64,000 nt of DNA from positions 2,920,934 through 2,984,933 of the forward strand of contig OY776562.1 of assembly GCA_963675785.1 (NCBI GenBank). Reading direction: 5' to 3'. The notes under the pieces were generated by a model, which was given only the letters and a program-made list of their open reading frames with translations, was not told the DNA's origin and did no database searches. Positions 39,007 through 47,903 of this stretch are shown piece after piece. A program made the translations under genes and the position numbers. This stretch comes from Anaerolineae bacterium (GTDB lineage Bacteria > Chloroflexota > Anaerolineae > UBA1429). Every line of letters starts with the position of its first letter. Positions within the stretch are counted from its first letter, which is position 1.

Positions 39007-41925
39007 ATGATGCAGCCGGCCAAGCGATCATCTATTTTGCAACATCCCTTTTTGCCAAGCCTGCTAGTTGGCCTGGGCTTGGGGCGACTGGTGTGTGAAC
39101 TATTTTTGACGCCAGCCCCTTTGTTGGTGGCTGTGACGGCTGTTGTTGTATCCGGTCTGGTTTGGTACTTGATCGCGCGCAGCCTCAAGACGGTTTGGCC
39201 TCTTGTTTTGCTACTTGTCTATATTTTCTGGCCTGCCTACGCGCCACAAGTGGGTGTAGCGGTAGTTGGAGGGACGGCGCTCGCCTTGTGGCTGACGATT
39301 AGTCAAGATGAAATCTCTGATTGGCTGTTAGGAATTTTGGTATTTTGTGGTTCTATGCTTCTTTATCTATTAACCCTTTCACCGGGGCTGCTGCCTGCCG
39401 ATAGCGGCGAATTTCAATTGGTAACCAACGTTCTGGGCATCGCTCACCCGCCCGGATACGCCCTCTATACTATGTTAGGCAAGCTCTTTTCGCTCTTGCC
39501 CCTGGCCGATCACACCATCGAGATGAATTTGCTAAGCGCTGTATTTTCTAGTGCGGCGCTGGCAGTGATAGCTCTGGCTGTCTATCGTGTCACCAAGTCG
39601 GCTTTTGCTGGTGTTGTCTCTGCAGGCGTGTTGGGCTTGGGCGCTACCTTTTGGGTACAAAGTACCACGACCAATATTCGTTCGCTAAGCGCCTTGTTTA
39701 CTGTGCTTTTGGTAGCGTTATTATTGGGGTGGCAGCGAAACAAAAGAGATGCATACTTGGCCTGGTTGGGCCTTGTTTTTGGTTTGGCTGTGGGCCATCA
39801 TGCTTCGCTGGCTTTTCTGGCGCTGCCTATCACCGCCTTTTTGTTTTGTGCTGATACCTCGCTTATCAAACAACCGCGCCGTTGGCTTGGGCCTTTGGGC
39901 CTCTTTGCGGCATCATTTGTGGTGTTGCTCTATCTGCCCATACGTAGCGCCATGTCCCCCGCCTTTGATACATCCCATATCGATTCCGTCTCTGCCTTCT
40001 TTTCACACGTATTTGCCACAGGCTTTGGCGGAGACATGTTCTATTACCGCACTCTGCCAGAGATTATCGAGCGCCTGGGAATCTGGTGGCAGATCATGGG
40101 CTTGGAACTGGGCACAGTGCTCAGCCTAATAGCCCTTGGCGGGCTGGGGTTGCTCATTTGGCGAGATTGGCGTAAGGCCGTGTTGCTGGGCGGCATGGCG
40201 TTGATCAACAGTCTGGTAGCCATCACTTACAAAGCCCCGCAAACCGTCGAATACATGCTGCCCACCTATGTCGCAGCGGCCTTTATCATTGGTTTGGGCT
40301 ATGCTCCCTGTCATGTTGCAGACTCTCCTTCGTTTGCAGGCAGAAAATGGTGGCGTGCAGTATCCAGTGTGGCTTTGGCTGGTCTAGCTATGGCCGTTAT
40401 GGCGCTAGGAGCTAGTAATTGGCCTGATCTGGACGCACTGCACAAGGACGATTCCACGCGCGAGTACGCCGAGAGTATTTTGAACGAGGCGCCGGAAGAT
40501 GCTCTGATTTTGGCCGGCTGGCATCAGGTGACGCCGCTATGGTATTTGCAGATTGCCGAGGGCCAACGGCCTGACGTGACCATCGACTATGTCTACCCCG
40601 AAGGAGATCAGGACAACGAGACGGTATGGCTGAAGCGCATTAATGCAGGCTTGGAGCAGGGGCCTGTGGTGGTGACCAACTGGTTCTACGCTTACGAGCA
40701 AAGTGGACTGATCTTTACTCCTCTGACAGAGGGCTGGCTAGTTTCGGAAGGCGCTACTGCGATTGTGCCAGATGCGACTGTCTCTCTGGATGTCTCTTAT
40801 GCAGAAGGTCTGTCACTCCTGGGCTACGAACTATCTTCCAACAGCGCCCAGCCCGGCGAGACGATCACCCTTTCGCTCTATTGGCAGGTGAATGAGGCGG
40901 TGGAACGTGATTACACGCTGTTTGCCCAACTCATTGGCCCACAGGGTGTCATTGGCCAGGGCGACCATGCGCAGCAGACTACATCCTATACGGTTGGCGG
41001 TGTGCGCGTGGATTCCTTTGATATGCCCCTATTACTGCAAACGATCCCGGGAGAATACAACCTGGTTTGTGGCTTTTACTATGCCGATGGCGAGGGTTGG
41101 ACGCGCCTCTTGGCTGATGGCGCAGATACCGTCTCATTGGGCTCTGTACAGGTGCAGGCGGCCTCACAAACCCCAGAAACCGTCAATCCCCTGGCGATTC
41201 AGTATGCTGAAGGCACACTGCTCAAGGGCTATGACGTAGATAACAGCATAGCTGGTCAGACGCGGCTCTACCTGCATTGGATGCAACCAGAGGAGTTAAT
41301 GACTGAAACCGCGTTAGTCAGCATTCTCAATGGACAAGAGCTTATTGCACAAGCAACCTTGCCAGCGTTAACTGCTGGCCAGACGCAAACTCTCGCTTTG
41401 GATTTGCCCTCTGGCTTACGTAGTGTCAGCTTGGTGTTGGAGACCGATGGTGAGAGACTGTCTTATACTGGCCTCTGGGGAATAATGCAGCGCGATTTGC
41501 TCACCCTTTCGCTGGGAGACGGTACCTCGCGCTATGTGCCTTTGGGCGGCGAGATAGTCTATTTGGGTATGGCGAGCGAACTAGATACTGACCAAGTTGT
41601 GCTGACATCCACTCTGCTTTCGCTGCGTCCGCTGATGAACGATTATTCGGTCTCTGTGGGATTGCGTTCTGCCGATGGAAGTGAGCTCAAGGACGACGGC
41701 ACGCCCGGTTTGGGGTCTATTCCTACACTCAAGTGGCTCGGCGGCTGGCAGGTCGACGATCCGCACACCATTGAACTTGCTCAGGGCGAGGCTGTCGAGG
41801 GCTGGCAGCGTACGCTGACTGTCTATGATGCCTTTACCCTGGAATCGTTGGCCGTCCTCGATGATCGGTTGGTCAATGCTGGCCAGGGTTTGACCTTGGT
41901 AGATGGCACACTAGCCAGTGAATAG
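39007..41925 (+). CDS. DUF2723/TMEM260-like GT-C membrane glycosyltransferase with a large C-terminal extracytoplasmic region
   Basis: The ADSGEFQLVTNVLGIAHPPGYALYTMLGKLF motif is typical of DUF2723. There are about 11 TM helices followed by about 400 aa of beta-rich repeats. Confidence 0.7.
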   Translation: MMQPAKRSSILQHPFLPSLLVGLGLGRLVCELFLTPAPLLVAVTAVVVSGLVWYLIARSLKTVWPLVLLLVYIFWPAYAPQVGVAVVGGTALALWLTISQDEISDWLLGILVFCGSMLLYLLTLSPGLLPADSGEFQLVTNVLGIAHPPGYALYTMLGKLFSLLPLADHTIEMNLLSAVFSSAALAVIALAVYRVTKSAFAGVVSAGVLGLGATFWVQSTTTNIRSLSALFTVLLVALLLGWQRNKRDAYLAWLGLVFGLAVGHHASLAFLALPITAFLFCADTSLIKQPRRWLGPLGLFAASFVVLLYLPIRSAMSPAFDTSHIDSVSAFFSHVFATGFGGDMFYYRTLPEIIERLGIWWQIMGLELGTVLSLIALGGLGLLIWRDWRKAVLLGGMALINSLVAITYKAPQTVEYMLPTYVAAAFIIGLGYAPCHVADSPSFAGRKWWRAVSSVALAGLAMAVMALGASNWPDLDALHKDDSTREYAESILNEAPEDALILAGWHQVTPLWYLQIAEGQRPDVTIDYVYPEGDQDNETVWLKRINAGLEQGPVVVTNWFYAYEQSGLIFTPLTEGWLVSEGATAIVPDATVSLDVSYAEGLSLLGYELSSNSAQPGETITLSLYWQVNEAVERDYTLFAQLIGPQGVIGQGDHAQQTTSYTVGGVRVDSFDMPLLLQTIPGEYNLVCGFYYADGEGWTRLLADGADTVSLGSVQVQAASQTPETVNPLAIQYAEGTLLKGYDVDNSIAGQTRLYLHWMQPEELMTETALVSILNGQELIAQATLPALTAGQTQTLALDLPSGLRSVSLVLETDGERLSYTGLWGIMQRDLLTLSLGDGTSRYVPLGGEIVYLGMASELDTDQVVLTSTLLSLRPLMNDYSVSVGLRSADGSELKDDGTPGLGSIPTLKWLGGWQVDDPHTIELAQGEAVEGWQRTLTVYDAFTLESLAVLDDRLVNAGQGLTLVDGTLASE

Positions 41926-41933
41926 GCCTAGGC

Positions 41934-44573
41934 TTATTCCAGTTCGATCTCGACAGTGGTAACACCGGCGCCCTGGAGTGTCAACCGGTTGTAGAGCACA
42001 ACCTCGACGGTGTAGGTGCCTGGTGTAAGCTCGCCATCGACGGATAGCGGCACACGATCGGCAAAGGTATCCAATGGCAGCCAGAGCGAGGTGGGATAAC
42101 AGCCCAGCAAAGGCGGCAGATCGCGAGAGGCAAGGATGGTGCCGTCGGTCTGCTTGAGCCGTACAGAAAGCATATAGTTGAGTGTGGCCTGGCGTTCACT
42201 GCGCCAGGTCATTTCTATAGTCACCGTCGAAGCATCGTGGCGTTCCGCGGTCACACCAAGCAGCGAGATCTCGATGGGCTTGCTCTCGGGACCGTACTGG
42301 CCGATGGCCTCGGCTTCGGATAAGGATCCGCCCATGGTTACCTGTATCGGCGTGAGCACTGGCGTGCTCATTTCGACACCGTCGGCAGTGGTAACAGCCA
42401 CAGCTTGGCCATCTTGTAGCACACGTAGACGAATCACATAGGTGCCGGGGGCCAGTTCGTCGGGGAGTGTCAGTATTAGCATGTCATCAACAAGCGCGCC
42501 ACTGACCTGTGCCCAGATCGGCGCAGGCTCATAGAGGTGGGCCGTCGTTGAGACCAGCGATAATTCGACGGTATAAGCGGCATCCTCCGAGGATTCCCAG
42601 TCGAGCAGGACTTGCAGAGCTTCGCCGGGCTGCAGAGTAGTAGTGTTATAGCTGTAATCTACCAATCTGGCCTCGCCAAAGAAGACACCCTCGGGTTCGG
42701 CGTGCAGATAAGGCGCCCGTGAAAAATCGGCGATGCGTGCTCCTTCCAGAGCCTCTGTTTGGGGTATGAATGGTGTAAGGGCGGCCCAAACCACAATGAT
42801 CGCCCCTGCGCCCAGCCCAACCAACAGCTTGTTACGCTGTTTGCGGTTCTTGATGCAGGGAATAGTCAACAAAGCGGCAAGCACGATCAACGCCACCAGT
42901 GAAGCCCATTCAGCTACATTACGCACCGTGCTATTGGCGAAATAGAGGGTCACCTCATGGCTGCCCGGATCCAGCCGCAGCCCACACAGCCCCAACCCGG
43001 CCAACGGCTCGATACCCTGCGTCTGGCCATCCACAACGGCCTCCCAACCAGAGAAGAAGGTGGTGTTAAAAGCCAGCAGCACCTTTTCTTCGATGGTGAT
43101 ACGCCAGGTTTGTGTGGTCGAATCCCTTTCCACCAGTTCGGCGCTGCTCATGACGCCTTCGAGCACCAACGGAGAGATCGTCTCGTCACCCAAAGCTACG
43201 GCGGAGGTCTGCGGGCGCGGCACAAAATCCGCTGGCAGATATTCGTTGCGGATGGTAGTACCCGTATTGCCTGAATAGGCCTCGTAGAACTGGAGCTGTT
43301 CGGCAGTGACATCGGTTTCGGTAATGGGTAAATAATCAAGATCGAGGCCCCCCATACCGGCAAAGGATACAAGTGCTGCGATGGCTATGCCCCAAGCCCA
43401 TTGCCACTTGTCACGTAAAAGTTCGAACAGGTTGGGGACGAGCAAGGCGATGCCCAATGCTTGAACCGACAGCAATCGCCAGGGGAACTGGGTGTAGGAT
43501 AAGAGGGGCAGATTCTCCCATACGATCAAGGATGAGCTGGTCATCAACCAGGTATAGCCCAGTGTGGTTATGAGAATGAGGATATTGAGCCCGTCCGCTT
43601 TGTGTTGCTTGATCATTCCCCCGATGGTTGCAATGATGCCCAGAATGCCCAGTACGGCTTCAACGCCGCCCATGGCAAAGGGATCTTGATTTGCCGTGAT
43701 GGTATAGTCGTGGATCAGGCTGGGCTGCACAAAGGTGTTGGTCAGGTGTCCGCGAAAGTCAAAGTATCCTGTGGTTTGATCGGTGAGTTGAACCAGCGGC
43801 TGCTCCCATAGGGCGGGTACCCAAAACCAGGCACTGAGGGCCAGCCCGAGCAGAAGTGCGCCAGCACCCAACGATAACGTTCGCCAGTTTTTCTCGCTAC
43901 GCAGGGCTTGTACCAGAATCCACATGGCTACCAGCGGTGCAAAAAGCATCGCCGAGATGTTGTGCGAGAGCATGAGCGCGGCAAAAGAGGCCGCCAAGCC
44001 GCAAAAAGTCCAAAAACTCGGCTTTTTCTCCAGGCGCAATGCGGCATAGAGAATGATCGGAAATAGTGCCATAGCATAGAATTCGGAAAGCGAGTCGCCA
44101 CGGACATAGATGTTGATGAGATGAAAGGGAGCGAAAGTATAGATAGCCGAAGCTGCCACGGCTGCGGGGCGTTTGTGGCCGAGTTCGAGTATCAAAGCGT
44201 AGGTGGCTACTGCGGCTATGAGAAAGCCGAGGATTTGTGTGGCCTGGATGCCGCCGATGACGCCCAGGCCCATCAGGTTAAGCGTTGAAGCAATATAGTA
44301 GGGCAGTGCGGCGTAATAATTGTAAAAAGGATAGCCCAAGCCCTGGGCGGCGCCCGCCATCCAGCGCACGGGGAACTCACCATCGGCTAGCGATTGACTC
44401 ATCTCGTAGACGCGCTGCAACAAAAAGGGCGAATCGCCGCCAGCACGGGTATTGATCATGCCTTGTCCGCTGACAATGGGCAGCGCGGCAAGCAGCCCGA
44501 ACAAAAGAACCAGCAAGAGACTCCAATTGAGCCTCTTGCTGGTTGTCTTTTCCGAGCTTTGGGCCCGAATCAT
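41934..44573 (-). CDS. GT-C-like polytopic membrane protein (COG5617/PTPS-related domain family) with a C-terminal extracytoplasmic region
   Basis: N-terminal RAGGDSPFLLQRVYEMSQSLADGEFPVRW...GLGYPFYNYYAALPYY pattern, many TM helices, and C-terminal repeats. Confidence 0.6.
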   Translation of the reverse strand: MIRAQSSEKTTSKRLNWSLLLVLLFGLLAALPIVSGQGMINTRAGGDSPFLLQRVYEMSQSLADGEFPVRWMAGAAQGLGYPFYNYYAALPYYIASTLNLMGLGVIGGIQATQILGFLIAAVATYALILELGHKRPAAVAASAIYTFAPFHLINIYVRGDSLSEFYAMALFPIILYAALRLEKKPSFWTFCGLAASFAALMLSHNISAMLFAPLVAMWILVQALRSEKNWRTLSLGAGALLLGLALSAWFWVPALWEQPLVQLTDQTTGYFDFRGHLTNTFVQPSLIHDYTITANQDPFAMGGVEAVLGILGIIATIGGMIKQHKADGLNILILITTLGYTWLMTSSSLIVWENLPLLSYTQFPWRLLSVQALGIALLVPNLFELLRDKWQWAWGIAIAALVSFAGMGGLDLDYLPITETDVTAEQLQFYEAYSGNTGTTIRNEYLPADFVPRPQTSAVALGDETISPLVLEGVMSSAELVERDSTTQTWRITIEEKVLLAFNTTFFSGWEAVVDGQTQGIEPLAGLGLCGLRLDPGSHEVTLYFANSTVRNVAEWASLVALIVLAALLTIPCIKNRKQRNKLLVGLGAGAIIVVWAALTPFIPQTEALEGARIADFSRAPYLHAEPEGVFFGEARLVDYSYNTTTLQPGEALQVLLDWESSEDAAYTVELSLVSTTAHLYEPAPIWAQVSGALVDDMLILTLPDELAPGTYVIRLRVLQDGQAVAVTTADGVEMSTPVLTPIQVTMGGSLSEAEAIGQYGPESKPIEISLLGVTAERHDASTVTIEMTWRSERQATLNYMLSVRLKQTDGTILASRDLPPLLGCYPTSLWLPLDTFADRVPLSVDGELTPGTYTVEVVLYNRLTLQGAGVTTVEIELE

Positions 44574-44577
44574 GTTC

Positions 44578-45825
44578 TTACTCTACTGGTTTCTTGAAGA
44601 ATATGCGCGATAGCACAAACAGGGCAATAGCGACTATGACAACGATAATCCCAGTCCAGCCACCGATCCCCCCGCCACTATCGCTTGAAGAGGTTTCTGT
44701 AGCCGTGGGCTCTGGTGTAGCTTCGGCGTCAGCTTCGGTAGGTTTGGCTGTCGGTTCTACGGTTGGGATCGCCTTGACGGCGAAACTCACCTCTGCCGTT
44801 TCACCCGAAATCACAGAGACAATTGCCTCGTTAGGTGTAACTGAGGTGTATCCATCAGGGTTAATTTTGCTCACGGTATAAGTGCCAACGCTCAATCCTT
44901 CTGTAAGATTGATCTCAGCAGCATCATAGCTATCGACCACGACATCATCTGAATCAGTAATTTCAACGGCGGCGCCGCTGATGGTGGCTTCATCGTCATC
45001 CATGATGCCGTTTTCGTTCAAATCGTCAAAGACAGTCACCGAAATCGAGCCGGGCACGGGAGTAGCAGTTGGTTCCGCCGTGGCAGTTGCTGTGGGTAGC
45101 GGTGTCTCGGTCGGGATGGTGGTAGCCGTAGGAATGGCGGTCGGCGCTGGTGTGTTGGTAGGCATGGGCGTCGGCGCTGTATAGGTCACGCAGATGTCGT
45201 CCCAGTAGCTATAGTTATATTTGATCTTCCACTCAGCACGGCCGCGCAGGAACACGGTGATAGTCGAGTTTTGTGCTTGAGCCGAAAGTGTCAGGTTGAC
45301 CCAGCTATCGAGGGTTATGTTCTCGGCTGACCACACGACGCTGGAAGCTGACCAATCGGTGCCGCCAGTGGGGTCAATACCCACGGAGAGATAGTACTGG
45401 CCGCCGGTCGAGACATTGCTGTCATCGCCGGTTGAACTCCAGGCTAGGGCCCAAGCAGAGAGCGTAACCTGGCTACCAGAAGACACTTGAACCTGCTGAT
45501 AGATACCGGCATTATGCGTCGAATAGGTCATGCCAAAGGCCTGAGAAGTAGCTCCTTCACGAATACGGGAGCTGTTTTTCTCCTGGCCGAAGGTAGGCCT
45601 GACATTCAAACCGTCCTCTGAGAAGGGGCCATTTTGGTAAAAATAACCCCAACCATCGGCGACATAAATCTGGCCGTCGGCACGGTCGGAGAAACTGCCT
45701 TCAAAACCGCCGTTGCTGAGCACATTGCCTGCGCAGTCGGCTGAGACAGAGGGGACGATGAGGCTCAAGCTGAGCATCATCACCAGCATATAAATAGCGA
45801 ATCGGTTTAGGCGGTATGAATGCAT
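44578..45825 (-). CDS. Secreted, membrane-anchored protein: CBM-like jelly-roll, Pro/Thr linker, Cna-B/SdrD-like domain, Pro/Thr/Glu linker, C-terminal TM anchor
   Basis: Signal peptide. GGFEG...WGYF CBM_4_9-like start. TAPTPMPTNTPAPTAIPTATTIPTETPLPTATATAEPTATP linker. VFDDLNENGIMDDDE motif. C-terminal GGWTGIIVVIVAIALFVLSRIFFKK. Confidence 0.7.
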   Translation of the reverse strand: MHSYRLNRFAIYMLVMMLSLSLIVPSVSADCAGNVLSNGGFEGSFSDRADGQIYVADGWGYFYQNGPFSEDGLNVRPTFGQEKNSSRIREGATSQAFGMTYSTHNAGIYQQVQVSSGSQVTLSAWALAWSSTGDDSNVSTGGQYYLSVGIDPTGGTDWSASSVVWSAENITLDSWVNLTLSAQAQNSTITVFLRGRAEWKIKYNYSYWDDICVTYTAPTPMPTNTPAPTAIPTATTIPTETPLPTATATAEPTATPVPGSISVTVFDDLNENGIMDDDEATISGAAVEITDSDDVVVDSYDAAEINLTEGLSVGTYTVSKINPDGYTSVTPNEAIVSVISGETAEVSFAVKAIPTVEPTAKPTEADAEATPEPTATETSSSDSGGGIGGWTGIIVVIVAIALFVLSRIFFKKPVE

Positions 45826-45838
45826 GGTATCTCCTGTG

Positions 45839-47800
45839 CTATGGGTTTAACCCCTGTAATGGTATATCAACCGCTGTTGCTTCTGTGTCATCATAAGCCA
45901 CAGCCAGACGTTCGAGCGTATCCCAGTGATAGAGCCCTACTCGGAGAATCAAATTGTCGAGTGTTTGGTCCGGATCGAGTGTAAGCCTATGGACATCCTC
46001 AACGACGTCACCAGAACGCCAAAGTTCCGTCCCATAATACCCCAATGCTAGCGGGCCGTCATCTTGAACAAGAATACTATCCGATTCAAGGACGTGGACA
46101 AAGACGTTCAAACTTGAACCCAGCGATTGTGTGCAGTGCCAATACAGCCTGACGATCAGTTGGTCATCGATGGTTTCACAGCTATAGCCTACGAGTTCAA
46201 TGCCGTCTTCAAATGTAGCCTGTAGGTTATCAGGCGTTTCGATGGCAGAGGTACTGATAGACACGTTGAGCAAGCGCGATTCCGTCTCCAAATCGCCCTG
46301 CTCATAACCACCCTCGGACACGGTGATCAGGCGATTTTCGGGCAAATAAGTCATCAGCTCTTGCCACGACTCATAAGGCCAAAACACCATCATAGCATCT
46401 TTGGCATTGGTCAGTTCTTGTGGATTGTTTGTGATGAATCCGGCTTTTTGGGCGGCATCGGTCAGATAGGTGATGGATTGCCAGCTATCATAAAAACGCG
46501 GTGCGATGTAAACCAGCCGTTCTGACTCAGGTTTGTCGTTGGAGACGCTATACCCTTCTCCTTGCCAGCCTATACCCAGGTACTGGTTGACCCCGACGGC
46601 TAGCTCGGTGGCAGCGCTTTCGAACTGGTAATAAACGGTCTCGCTTTGCAGGTGGGGTAAATATGCGGTGAGGCTCAGCGTGGCCGATACGGCGATGATG
46701 CCCACTGCCGTGCCTCGCATCAGCCGCATTTCGTCGAGGCGCCTGACCAAGGTGTCCAATCCGTAGGCGGGCAATAGGTAGAGCACCGGCAGCACACCGC
46801 TGGCCCGCAAAAAGTGGGGGGCATCCTCGGCGATGACGGTAGGAACTAGCATGATGGCAAACCAGATGAGAACGATAGCGCCTTGGGGGTTACGGCGAAA
46901 GCGCCGCAGGAGAACGATAATCCCCAGAGCAAAGCAGATGGCGATGAGTGGATCGAACACGGGACGCAACGGTACGTTGTGCCGAGGGATGAAATCTCCC
47001 TGCCAGAAAAAGGCCAGTGCCGTTTTGAGCAGGTTTTGCCCCAACATAGCTAGGGGCTGGCCGTTGCCTATAGCGGGATTGAGAATCGAGACCTGGCCGG
47101 CTCGGCCAAAGGTCTCTTGCCAGTGTGTGACGAAATATATGCCTAGTGGGGCAAAGATGATGATGGCGCTCAGGCAGGCAATGAGCAGACCACGCCAAGT
47201 TTCTTGGCGGTGCCAGATCAAGAGATAGAGCAGGATAAGGCACAAGGCGACGATACCCACGCGTGCGGACAGATAAGTGTAGAGCGAAAGACCCAACAAT
47301 ACGCCGCCGCCAAGAGCCGCCCAAAGGGATCTTTTCTTTTGAGAGTGTACCAGTAGCGCCAGAGCACTGGTAATGATGGGCAGATAGGCAATGGCGCGAA
47401 AACCCACCCGGCTGAGATTGATGGCCCACACACTGCTTGTTGCTAGTAGGGCGGCATAGGTGGCCACCCTACGATTGGCTAGTTCACGTCCCAGCCAATA
47501 AACACAAGGTATGAAAAGCGTACCCAGCAGCGCCGATACGAGGCGAATGGCAGCAGGGGTAGCCCCCAAAAGGCGAATGCTCAGTGCTATGAGATAAATA
47601 TAGAGTGGCTCGCGGCCATTGTTTGCCTCAAAATAGAGGGGATGATCGCCATCCAACACAGAGAGTGCATCGATGCCGTTGACGGCTTCGTCGTGGTATA
47701 GACCAGTAGGTAGGGTATCGAGCTGGTAAAAGCGAATCAACGCGGCTGCAAGGATGATGGCCAGCAGCACAAACCATTCATTTTGCAGTAGGCGTTTCAT
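45839..47800 (-). CDS. Glycosyltransferase family 39 (ArnT/PMT-like GT-C) with a C-terminal extracytoplasmic domain
   Basis: FYQLDTLPTGLYHDEAVNG..A (PMT_2-like first loop with the DE motif) and about 11 TM helices. The likely start is MKRLLQNEW at 47800. The ORF-track frame opens at 47863. Confidence 0.8.
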   Translation of the reverse strand: MKRLLQNEWFVLLAIILAAALIRFYQLDTLPTGLYHDEAVNGIDALSVLDGDHPLYFEANNGREPLYIYLIALSIRLLGATPAAIRLVSALLGTLFIPCVYWLGRELANRRVATYAALLATSSVWAINLSRVGFRAIAYLPIITSALALLVHSQKKRSLWAALGGGVLLGLSLYTYLSARVGIVALCLILLYLLIWHRQETWRGLLIACLSAIIIFAPLGIYFVTHWQETFGRAGQVSILNPAIGNGQPLAMLGQNLLKTALAFFWQGDFIPRHNVPLRPVFDPLIAICFALGIIVLLRRFRRNPQGAIVLIWFAIMLVPTVIAEDAPHFLRASGVLPVLYLLPAYGLDTLVRRLDEMRLMRGTAVGIIAVSATLSLTAYLPHLQSETVYYQFESAATELAVGVNQYLGIGWQGEGYSVSNDKPESERLVYIAPRFYDSWQSITYLTDAAQKAGFITNNPQELTNAKDAMMVFWPYESWQELMTYLPENRLITVSEGGYEQGDLETESRLLNVSISTSAIETPDNLQATFEDGIELVGYSCETIDDQLIVRLYWHCTQSLGSSLNVFVHVLESDSILVQDDGPLALGYYGTELWRSGDVVEDVHRLTLDPDQTLDNLILRVGLYHWDTLERLAVAYDDTEATAVDIPLQGLNP

Positions 47801-47903
47801 ATGCGGAATAGGCTCCTGTGTGGACGTTCGCTCCGAGTATAGCAGAGCTGGCCTGAGCGTCAACGGGGCACCGATATGCTCGATGCCCCGTTATTTGTGT
47901 TAC

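Noticed and set aside
44543-45184. Plus-strand ORFs (112 aa and 67 aa) rich in Val/Gly/Ala/Ser.
   Set aside because: They are antisense readings of the Pro/Thr-linker-encoding repeats of the 44578..45825 gene.
47863-47891. Hairpin ACGGGGCA...TGCCCCGT between serS and the GT39 gene, considered as the serS terminator.
   Set aside because: No U-tract follows it on the minus strand (CCCCGTTGACGC), so it is not a convincing intrinsic terminator. It may simply lie in the UTR of the GT39 operon.
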